Origin: Bacteriovoracia bacterium
GTDB lineage: Bacteria; Bdellovibrionota; UBA1018; CAIPTA01
Reading direction: 5' to 3'
DNA length: 64,000 nucleotides
Assembly (NCBI GenBank): GCA_050246755.1
Contig: JBFWVL010000008.1
Location: forward strand, 1 to 64,000
Numbering within the stretch: position 1 is the stretch's first letter; each line of letters opens with the position of its first letter. Both the position numbers and the translations under genes were made by a program. The notes under the pieces are model-generated. The model saw only the letters and a list, made by a program, of their open reading frames with translations, was not told the origin of the DNA and did not search any database. This document shows, in pieces, positions 1 to 7,450 of this stretch.

Positions 1-1
1 C

Positions 2-622
2 GTAAAAAGAATCATCGGAGTTTCCGCAGTAGGTAGTTTAAGTGAGGATATCCATCCTGGTGACCTTGTTCTACCCAATCAGTATTTAGATTGGACGAAG
101 GGGAAGCGCGACAGTACTTTTTTTGGCTCCGGTATCGCGGCCCACATCTCAACGGCAAATCCGACCTGCCCCGCCCTTCGCCATTTCATGCGCACGTTTG
201 TGGAGGAGAGTGGCGGAAAGATCCATTCGGACAAGACCTACGCGTGCGTCGAGGGACCTAGGCTCGGCACAAGAGCCGAAAGCCAATTTTTGAGAAAAAT
301 GGGTTGCGATGTCGTTGGGATGACGAATGTTCCCGAGGTATTTTTGGCTAGAGAGGCACAGCTTTGCTACGCCACGATCGCGATTGCGACCGACTACGAT
401 TGTTGGCTCGATGACCCGAGCCAACATGCGAGCGTTGAAAAAGTGATCGAGCTATACAAGACGAACATCGGAAGGGTTCAAAAGCTGCTGAGATTTTTCA
501 CTGTCATTAGATGTAAATCGACGCCATGTGAATGTAGATCGTCGCTTAAACACGCGGTGCTCACCGATGTCAGCCAGCTCTCTGGGGATCAGAAAAACAT
601 TTTGGGATTTCTAAAGGAGTAG
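2..622 (+). CDS. mtnP: 5'-methylthioadenosine phosphorylase-like (PNP/MTAP family), 5' end outside the window
   Basis: Frame is open from base 2 (VKRIIGVSAVGSL..IHPGDLVLPNQYLDWT); MTAP motifs EGPR(L)GTRAES, GMTNVPE and TDYDCW. Confidence 0.85.
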   Translation, partial: VKRIIGVSAVGSLSEDIHPGDLVLPNQYLDWTKGKRDSTFFGSGIAAHISTANPTCPALRHFMRTFVEESGGKIHSDKTYACVEGPRLGTRAESQFLRKMGCDVVGMTNVPEVFLAREAQLCYATIAIATDYDCWLDDPSQHASVEKVIELYKTNIGRVQKLLRFFTVIRCKSTPCECRSSLKHAVLTDVSQLSGDQKNILGFLKE

Positions 623-624
623 GA

Positions 625-1323
625 TTGGCAATTTCCGTGATTGTCCCCGTTGCGAAAGAAGATGAAACCTGGCGGCAATTGCTTCCGGATTTATCTGTGT
701 TGGCGAAGGATGATGAAGTCATTATTGTTTCGAGTGATGTTCCTCCTGAACATTATCACGGAGATCCGGCACTTCGTTCTCTCACGTGCTCGGTTCACTG
801 TATTAAGTCGGAAAACGGACGCGCCAAGCAACTGAATGCTGGAATCCGTTCCTCCTCCCGCGAAACTCTATGGTTCCTCCATTGCGATTCCCGCGTTTCT
901 AAGGAGTCTTATTACTCGTTGGTAAGTGCGCTGGAGCAGGCGCCCGACGCGCTTCACTTCTTTGATCTCAGGTTCCTAGATGACGGCCCCGCCCTGATGT
1001 TTCTCAATGATTTTGGAGTCTGGATTCGATCCAGGATTTTTCGTCTACCGTTCGGAGATCAAGGGTTTTGCATTTCACGCTCTGTTCTCGAGCGCCTAGG
1101 TGGATTTTGCGAGAAGGCTCCATACGGAGAGGATCATCTTCTCGTGTGGCGAGCGCATCAAAGGGCCGTCAAAGTCCGCTGCGTAGGTGCACCGATTTAT
1201 ACCAGCGCTAGGCGATATGATTCCTTCGGTTGGGCGCACACCACAGTGAATCATCTAAAAATGACTGTAAGGCAGGCGGCTCCCGAGATCTTTCGCTTGC
1301 TTCGAAGGAGGATCGCCTTATGA
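625..1323 (+). CDS. GT2 glycosyltransferase, TIGR04283-like (rSAM/selenodomain-, arsenosugar-associated)
   Basis: ISVIVP, GRAKQLNAG, LWFLHCDS, LPFGDQG, ED and TSARRY motifs; TTG start after AGGA. Confidence 0.8.
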   Translation: MAISVIVPVAKEDETWRQLLPDLSVLAKDDEVIIVSSDVPPEHYHGDPALRSLTCSVHCIKSENGRAKQLNAGIRSSSRETLWFLHCDSRVSKESYYSLVSALEQAPDALHFFDLRFLDDGPALMFLNDFGVWIRSRIFRLPFGDQGFCISRSVLERLGGFCEKAPYGEDHLLVWRAHQRAVKVRCVGAPIYTSARRYDSFGWAHTTVNHLKMTVRQAAPEIFRLLRRRIAL

Positions 1324-2015
1324 GTATGACGGGGGCACTAGCCATTTTCGTGAAAACTCCCGGTTTGTCTCCAATCAAAACTCGACTCGCCGATTCGATT
1401 GGTCCCGAGATATCCGAAAAGTTTTATAAGGCAAGCGTGCGGGCGACGGCAGCATGCGCAAGCGAAGTCCAACGTCAATACGGGAACCTTCAAGTCTATT
1501 GGGCGGTTGCCGAAAGCGATGGTCTTGCCTCTCCAATGTGGGCCGAATTTCCCAAGATCTATCAAGGTGAAGGGTCATTGGGTTTGCGGCTTTCAAATGT
1601 TTATAAGGAACTCTTAAATCGACATCAGTTTGTCTGCTTTATTGGAGCGGATTCTCCTCACATATGCGTGAGTCAGCTCCTCGCGGGCATATTCGAAACC
1701 GCGCGAAACGCACAGAAAAAATTTATCCTTGGGGAAACGCACGACGGGGGCTTTTATTTCTTCGGCGGAAGTCTTCCAATACCTGAAATAGTATGGACCT
1801 CCGTCGCATATAGCAGAAATCAAACATCGAATGAATTGTCTACGCGCCTATTCCACATCGCTGGCGTCACCAACATTCGAAGAGACTTCGACGTTGATAC
1901 TGTGGATGACTTGCAAAAGTACAAGGAAGACGGCTTTGCAGGTTCGAACCTGCTTCCCGAGCAATTGAGTCTCATTCAGTGGGTGAAGTCGCTTCCACTC
2001 GCAAGTGAGTTGTGA
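1320..2015 (+). CDS. DUF2064/TIGR04282-like transferase (CofC-like nucleotidyltransferase fold)
   Basis: IFVKTPG..KTRLA, Q.EG.LG.RL, IGADSP, DGGFYFFG, DVDTVDDL; ATGA overlap with the upstream stop. Confidence 0.82.
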   Translation: MSMTGALAIFVKTPGLSPIKTRLADSIGPEISEKFYKASVRATAACASEVQRQYGNLQVYWAVAESDGLASPMWAEFPKIYQGEGSLGLRLSNVYKELLNRHQFVCFIGADSPHICVSQLLAGIFETARNAQKKFILGETHDGGFYFFGGSLPIPEIVWTSVAYSRNQTSNELSTRLFHIAGVTNIRRDFDVDTVDDLQKYKEDGFAGSNLLPEQLSLIQWVKSLPLASEL

Positions 2016-2724
2016 GGAAACTCCTTTGATTCATCGCGCTTTTCAATCGATTTCGAAGAGTCTGGAAATTCCAAAACATGCTCTCATGGCTACGCTCGCG
2101 ATACCGGTGGGCCTGGCGGCCCCCTGGAAACAGGCTGAGTACTCTCACGTCCCAAAGAATGAAGTTTCCTTCTCGAAGCCAGGGCTATTGATTCAAGTCA
2201 ATAAGTCCGCAAGTCCCCTTATCTATCCTCTGAATTCGCCGTTAAAAATCATCGGGTTTAAAGTGCGCGGAGAGTTCAAGGGGCTGCCTATCTTTAAGGA
2301 TGTTTCCAAGCAGGGAGAAAAGGGGGCCGACGATTATCCTTTTCGGATCGGCTTTATCGTTCCCGGCGAAAAGCGTTTGACGGTCTTTAAGAAGATGTTT
2401 GCATCCGCCTGGGTAAAGCATCTCTACAGCGCCGTGCCGCCGGGCACGGGCCTGGATCATATTCAGTTCTTTGACGTCAGTCAGAATCTGGCTCAGGTTG
2501 GTCAGGGCCGAATTCATCCCTCATCTGATCTAGTGAGAGAAGAATTTTTCTCTTTCGTCAAGGGTCCTGGGCCGTTTGAGCTGGAGTATATGCTCAGGCA
2601 GCCACTTGAGACCGTGGCTCTATGGATCAGTATCGACGGTGACGACACGAAGTCTAAATTTGATGTACTGATTTCGGAGCTTGAACTGAAATCCGAGGAC
2701 CTTACCAGCCGAAATGGGAAGTGA
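2005..2724 (+). CDS. DUF3047-like protein (true start may be ~2086)
   Basis: SASPL, KGADDYPFRIGF and IDGDDT motifs resemble DUF3047; same operon. Confidence 0.5.
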   Translation: MSCEETPLIHRAFQSISKSLEIPKHALMATLAIPVGLAAPWKQAEYSHVPKNEVSFSKPGLLIQVNKSASPLIYPLNSPLKIIGFKVRGEFKGLPIFKDVSKQGEKGADDYPFRIGFIVPGEKRLTVFKKMFASAWVKHLYSAVPPGTGLDHIQFFDVSQNLAQVGQGRIHPSSDLVREEFFSFVKGPGPFELEYMLRQPLETVALWISIDGDDTKSKFDVLISELELKSEDLTSRNGK

Positions 2725-2755
2725 TGAGGCATGATCTTGCATGCGATCTTCTCGA

Positions 2756-3232
2756 TTATTGAGCCGGAACAGCGCGCTTCTGAAGTTCCTTTACCAGCTC
2801 GTCGATACTTACTGTATCGGGCGCCAAAATTCCCTTGGCCTGATAGTAGGACTTAGAGAATGTATCTCCCATCGAACGAATCAAAGTCTCGACGAATGCT
2901 TTGCTGTTAGGAATGTTTTTTACGAGATCCTTGTTAATGTCGATCTTCACGCCAAGACCCTCACTGAAAACTTTCACGAGGTAGTCAGCTTCATCGCCAT
3001 AGTTACAGCTAAGACCGTGCTTAAATTCTTCTTTGATAAATTGGTACTCGTCTTTTTGTGAGAGCTCGTTGAACAGTCGCGCGTTTTCCAGTCGCTTCCA
3101 CATCTGAAAGCGGAGTTCGTCCTGTGCCTTTTTTAGATCAGATGCTTTTTCGAAAGGGAGCCCAGCTAATTTTTCCCGAGTCACTGCCGCTGTAGATCCC
3201 GAAGCCTTTTTCTTTTGATCCATCTTCTTCAT
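2756..3232 (-). CDS. Hypothetical protein (~158 aa, helical)
   Basis: ORF with plausible ATG at 3232 or 3223; the upstream extension in the ORF track crosses an AT-rich promoter region and the opposite gene. Confidence 0.55.
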   Translation of the reverse strand: MKKMDQKKKASGSTAAVTREKLAGLPFEKASDLKKAQDELRFQMWKRLENARLFNELSQKDEYQFIKEEFKHGLSCNYGDEADYLVKVFSEGLGVKIDINKDLVKNIPNSKAFVETLIRSMGDTFSKSYYQAKGILAPDTVSIDELVKELQKRAVPAQ

Positions 3233-3306
3233 TCCACTAGCGTATAGAGAAACATTAGTCATTTCAACGACTTCAATATAAAGCCCCCAATCCCACACTA
3301 CATCTA

Positions 3307-3371
3307 CTACGTATTTCTTCTTGATTCTACGTAAAACTACGCATATTTTCTCATTTCTTCTGTATTCTACG
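3307..3371. promoter_or_regulatory. Phased direct repeats in a divergent promoter region
   Basis: CTACG at 3307, 3327, 3337 and 3367; ATTTCTTCT..ATTCTACG at 3313 and 3353. Confidence 0.5.
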
Positions 3372-3400
3372 GGAGTTTCGCACAGGTGGAGGATTGAAAT

Positions 3401-3817
3401 ATGGCTGCCGCAGTAGGACGAGTCCTCGTTGTCGATGACGAACGGGATAATCGCTTTGTCATCGGTAAGCTCATGGAGAATAGGCTTCACTGCGAGGTCG
3501 TTACTGTGGGCTCAGTAAGTGAAGCGCTTGAGCACATCAATCACACACGATTCGACGTAATTGTATCCGACTACGAAATGCCAATCAGAAGTGGAATGGA
3601 TTTGGCGGCTGAATTGAGCGCCCGCAATTGCGAGACACCGTTCCTGATCTATACCGCACATAGCGTTTCCAAACACGTTCTACGGAATTTGAACCTTGTG
3701 GTGGATGTCGTGCAGAAGCCGCACATAGAGGATTTGTTTTCAATAATTAGCACGCTCATGGACTGGCCACTCGAGGTGCAAGTTTATCACCGTGCTAAAG
3801 ATTCGAGGCATCAATGA
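3401..3817 (+). CDS. Single-domain response regulator (REC)
   Basis: VLVVDDE, D(VIVS)DYEMP..SG, TA and KP motifs. Confidence 0.85.
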   Translation: MAAAVGRVLVVDDERDNRFVIGKLMENRLHCEVVTVGSVSEALEHINHTRFDVIVSDYEMPIRSGMDLAAELSARNCETPFLIYTAHSVSKHVLRNLNLVVDVVQKPHIEDLFSIISTLMDWPLEVQVYHRAKDSRHQ

Positions 3818-4233
3818 ATTCCAAAGCGGCAGTCGCAAAGGTTCTGAACGAGCGGCTTGGCGGATTCCTTGTTCAATCGCGAATGCAATCGCGACGAAAT
3901 CTCTCCTTGATTTCAGATTCTGTGGGATTGACGGAATCGCGAATCCTAGAAATCGAAGAAAAACCCGCCCAAGTCCCAATGTGCGAGCTCGCTAAAGTCA
4001 TTTCTTACTACGGCTCGAAAAAGACCTGGGAGGCACAGCTCCTGATTACGGATGTACAGATTGAAGCGCTGCAATTCAACAAAGTCGGACCTGCGATCCC
4101 AGCATTGAAGTCGATGCGGCTACCAGATTTCAGGGAGGCCTTTCGTAAAGTCGCAGCACTCATCGCTGGCTTTCTGATTTGGGAGGCACTGAAACATACC
4201 TTTCGTAGCCTTGTCAGCGGAAGGTTTGGCTGA
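3814..4233 (+). CDS. XRE-like helix-turn-helix protein with C-terminal hydrophobic helix
   Basis: LG.FL...R......L..IS..VGLTESRILEIE pattern; VAALIAGFLIW segment; ATGA overlap with the REC gene. Confidence 0.55.
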   Translation: MNSKAAVAKVLNERLGGFLVQSRMQSRRNLSLISDSVGLTESRILEIEEKPAQVPMCELAKVISYYGSKKTWEAQLLITDVQIEALQFNKVGPAIPALKSMRLPDFREAFRKVAALIAGFLIWEALKHTFRSLVSGRFG

Positions 4234-4234
4234 A

Positions 4235-4725
4235 CTCCGGAATTCCGTATTCACTCTGAAATTCCGGAGTCGAGCTAAGTTGCGATCTCTATTTTCATCG
4301 AATGCTGACGTTCGCGGTGCTGATCTCAGTTTCGCTGACGTGAGATGAGCGGAGTTCTGAGGCGCCATATTCAACGGTACGCCCCGATTCGCAGGGCTCA
4401 TTTTGAAGGCCAAGGGCTAGAGGGCATCGTCTTCGATAAATTACCTATCTCGAAATTCGAGATATCGGCGGTTTCCTTTTGCTCCCACCCCCAACGATAG
4501 CTATGGAAATCTTATAGACTTCGACTCAGGTCTTCGACAGCTCCGAAAATTCGGAGTGGGAACAAAAAACGGCTAATTAACTGAATTCGTTATTATTTTA
4601 GCAATGCTTTAGAGTCTCAACTCCGAGTTTCCGGAGTGAGTTCAAGCCTAGGTAAATAAACAATAGTTCTACTATTTCAGAGACTTACTGCGAGTGACAC
4701 CAGTTTAGACTCCGGATTTCCGGAG
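4235..4725. repeat. Five copies of the palindrome CTCCG-N6-CGGAG (candidate enhancer/operator sites)
   Basis: 4235-4250 (imperfect), 4254-4269 (one mismatch), 4541-4556, 4621-4636, 4710-4725. Confidence 0.8.
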
Positions 4726-4817
4726 CTGGCGACCTTCCTCAAAGATCCCGGCTCTCCTGAAACCGAGGTTTTGAGCGCTTAGGCCCCCAATTTAGGTGTT
4801 TAACAACGAGAGGCAAG

Positions 4818-4834
4818 TTGGCTCCGTCTTTGCT
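4818..4834 (+). promoter_or_regulatory. sigma54 -24/-12 promoter
   Basis: TTGGCTCCGTCTTTGCT: GG(4820-21)-N10-GC(4832-33), ~40 bp upstream of the ATG at 4875 with RBS AGGAAGG. Confidence 0.75.
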
Positions 4835-4874
4835 TAATGAACACGTCAACGCAACCTAAGCGTAAGGAAGGTCA

Positions 4875-5660
4875 ATGAAATCCTTAATTTTGGCGGTCGA
4901 TAACGATCCACTTGTACTTCGATCTTTGAGTCGAGTTTTTGAAGATGCGGACATCGAAGTCACGACTGCCTCTAGCGGCCAGCAAGCCATCGCTCTCTTC
5001 AAGGAAAGTCCCGACAAGTTTCCCATTGTCCTTCTCGACTACGACATGAAAGGAAAAAACGTCGAAGGCATGAATGGCGATGAGGTCGCGATAGCTCTCA
5101 AAGGAATCCGTGAATCCGTTCGGATCGTAATGCTTTCCGGAATGTCCGACGCCCAAGAAGTAGTTCAGGCATGTCTGGCGGCCGGCGCCGAGAAGTTCAT
5201 TTGCAAGAGTAGCGAGCCCTCTCACTTGCTCACCACGGTTAGCTCGATGATCCTTGAGGGCCAGGACTCGGACACACAAGAGACAGACGAGGATCGCAAG
5301 GTAAAGATTCGGCGAGTACTGAATATGGTAGGCCGCTCCCGCGAAATGGCAAAACTGGCCGACCTGATTGCAAAGTTCTCTGCCTATGACGAGCCCGTTT
5401 TGATTCTCGGGGAATCCGGAGTCGGAAAAGAAGGGATTGCTCGCGCAGTACACGAAAATTCCAAGCGCGCCTCGAAGAATTTTGTCGCCATCAATTGCGC
5501 GGCTTTTGGAAGAGACATCCTTGAAAGTGAACTATTCGGGCATGAGAAAGGTTCCTTTACGGGCGCACTCAACCGAAAGATCGGTCTTTTTGAGCACGCC
5601 AATGGCGGGACTATCTTTCTAGATGAAATTGGCGACATGCCACTTGAACTGCAAGTAAAG
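4875..5660 (+). CDS. NtrC-family sigma54 activator (REC + AAA+), truncated after Walker B at a junction
   Basis: REC domain, GESGVGKE, ESELFGHEKGSFTGA, FLDEIGDMPLELQVK; homology then ends abruptly. Confidence 0.85.
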
Positions 5661-6692
5661 CCCATGCCAGCTTCTAGCGAGATGTTCCAGGTCAGCGAGA
5701 AAGTTTACTTTGATGAAGCCAAATCGCAGCTAGCTGGCGATGTTCGTATCGTATTCGACAACTCCGACATTTATAAGGCAGTCCAGGCAAAGATCGCGGC
5801 GGCCATCGCATTGAACTTGGTGTTGGCGCTGTTGGTACTCGTCGTTCTTTACTACGCAGGAAGAGTTATTACGGGCCAGCTCCGAACCATTTTGAATGAA
5901 TGCTCCACCGACGGAGAAGCGAAGGATCGCGCCGAAAAAGGCCTAGTAATTTCTGAGTTCGAGTTTTTGCGCCAACAAATGGCGACCCACATGGCCGCCG
6001 CACGAGTAAACGCGGAAACGAGAGCCGCCGGAGAAATTGCACGCCAGGTGAAGCATGACATTCGTTCCCCCTTGGCAGCCCTCAATATGCTGGTCAAGTC
6101 GATTGGAACGATCAGCGAGGATCGTCGTGCCGAACTCTTTACAGCCATTCAACGAATCAATGATATTTCGAACGATCTTACTCAAAAGCGACACGACCTC
6201 GGCCGAGGGAAGCTTAAGGCTGTCGAAGAAATCTCAAGTAATCTTAGACCCGAAAATGTTGCCGAACTGGTCGCTGAACTCGTGTCGGAGAAGGAACTTC
6301 GTTTTAAAGATCGAAGTGGCGTCTACTTTGACTTCAATGTTGATTTGGACGGCGATGCTGTTTTCGCCAAAGTCTGTTCAGCCAAATTCAAGCGTTCACT
6401 TTCAAACGTGCTGGACAACTCCGTAGAGGCGATTTCAGAAGGCGGCTGCGTTTCAATTAAAGTATCTCAGACAAGCGATAGTGTTCTCGTATCGGTGATT
6501 GATACTGGAAGTGGTATCCCTCCCGAGATGATTCCAAAGCTCGGGGAAAAGGGCATGACGTTCAACAAAAACGGCGGCACTGGCCTAGGGCTATACTACG
6601 CCGTCAAAACCCTCAGCGAGTTTCGAGGCAATCTCACCGTGAATTCCGATGGAATCAGCGGCACTTCCGTGCTCTTGGAAATTCCAAAATGC
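5661..6692 (+). CDS. Sensor histidine kinase fragment (TM, HisKA, HATPase_c), both ends missing
   Basis: TM NLVLALLVLVVLYY, H-box QVKHDIRSPL, N-box NVLDNS, G1 DTGSGI, G2 GTGLGL. Confidence 0.8.
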
Positions 6693-7365
6693 CGAATACA
6701 CCTACAAGAAACTCAAGCGCCGATATGTGGCGGGGAACTATCTCGAAGCAGACGGAAAGCTAGTCTTGGGCGACTTCATGGAGATCAACGCACGCGAGGT
6801 CGAAAAGCGCGTCGTCGCAAACATTCTTTATAAAAAGAATGTTGTGAGCCAGGGCCTTGCGGATCACTCCGTAATGGGCCACATGGTCTGGTCGTCGGCC
6901 GCGATCAAGTCAGAGCGCGAAACTTGCCCGAGTCAAGAAGACATGCTGGGAGATTTTGCGAAGTTTCAAGCTCGTGCTGACCGCTCAAAAATTGAACTTA
7001 ATGCCCTTTACTCGGATCAACAGATTTACGCCAACGGGTTCTACATCAAGAACATGCGCCTAATTTTGGAGAGCGACGGGCACTATGCGATCGTCGCCCA
7101 AGGCGCGGCTCCTGGTGAGGGCTTCGTGTCGACGTTCATCATCGACTCCGGTATTTGGCAGCAGGTCGCAGGCCAGCTGAAACTCTATCACGGTGCTCTC
7201 AGTCTCGGCTTTGCGAACAACGAGGCGACTCTGCGGTTCACGCGCGATCTCATTGTCTTCGTGCGCGACAAGGCCTATTCAGTGCCGATGATGGGCAAGA
7301 GCGTTTCTATGCGAATCGGGCCTTCCGACCTCGTTACTGATGATCTGACTGACACTTATCGCTGA
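6691..7365 (+). CDS. Hypothetical protein, 5' part missing
   Basis: Protein-like open frame from AEYTYKK to the stop at 7365; no credible start. Confidence 0.55.
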   Translation, partial: AEYTYKKLKRRYVAGNYLEADGKLVLGDFMEINAREVEKRVVANILYKKNVVSQGLADHSVMGHMVWSSAAIKSERETCPSQEDMLGDFAKFQARADRSKIELNALYSDQQIYANGFYIKNMRLILESDGHYAIVAQGAAPGEGFVSTFIIDSGIWQQVAGQLKLYHGALSLGFANNEATLRFTRDLIVFVRDKAYSVPMMGKSVSMRIGPSDLVTDDLTDTYR

Positions 7366-7388
7366 TTGCTCCCTTTGTAATAGCGGTG

Positions 7389-7431
7389 CCGCCTCGGGGG
7401 TTCCTCCCCCGAGCGCCCGAGGCGGTTTTTT
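7389..7431 (+). terminator. Terminator-like hairpin with an alternative internal stem
   Basis: CCGCCTCGGG/CCCGAGGCGG followed by T6; competing CTCGGGGG/CCCCCGAG stem. Confidence 0.55.
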
Positions 7432-7450
7432 ATTCTTAAAGGAGACTTGC

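Noticed and set aside
1938-1953. tRNA T-arm or att site (GCAGGTTCGAACCTGC)
   Set aside because: Six-nt loop, no cloverleaf, and it lies inside a CDS; likely a chance palindrome
3233-3490. N-terminal extension of the 2756-3490 ORF
   Set aside because: It crosses the AT-rich repeat-bearing intergenic region and overlaps the REC gene; a start at 3232 or 3223 is more plausible
4235-4725. CRISPR array
   Set aside because: Repeats are only 16 bp with a variable core and irregular spacing (19, 287, 80, 89 bp); no cas genes
4875-6833. 652-aa REC-AAA-HisKA-HATPase hybrid as a novel signalling protein
   Set aside because: The AAA+ domain is cut mid-fold, the topology is implausible and the tail is nonsense; best explained by two sequence junctions
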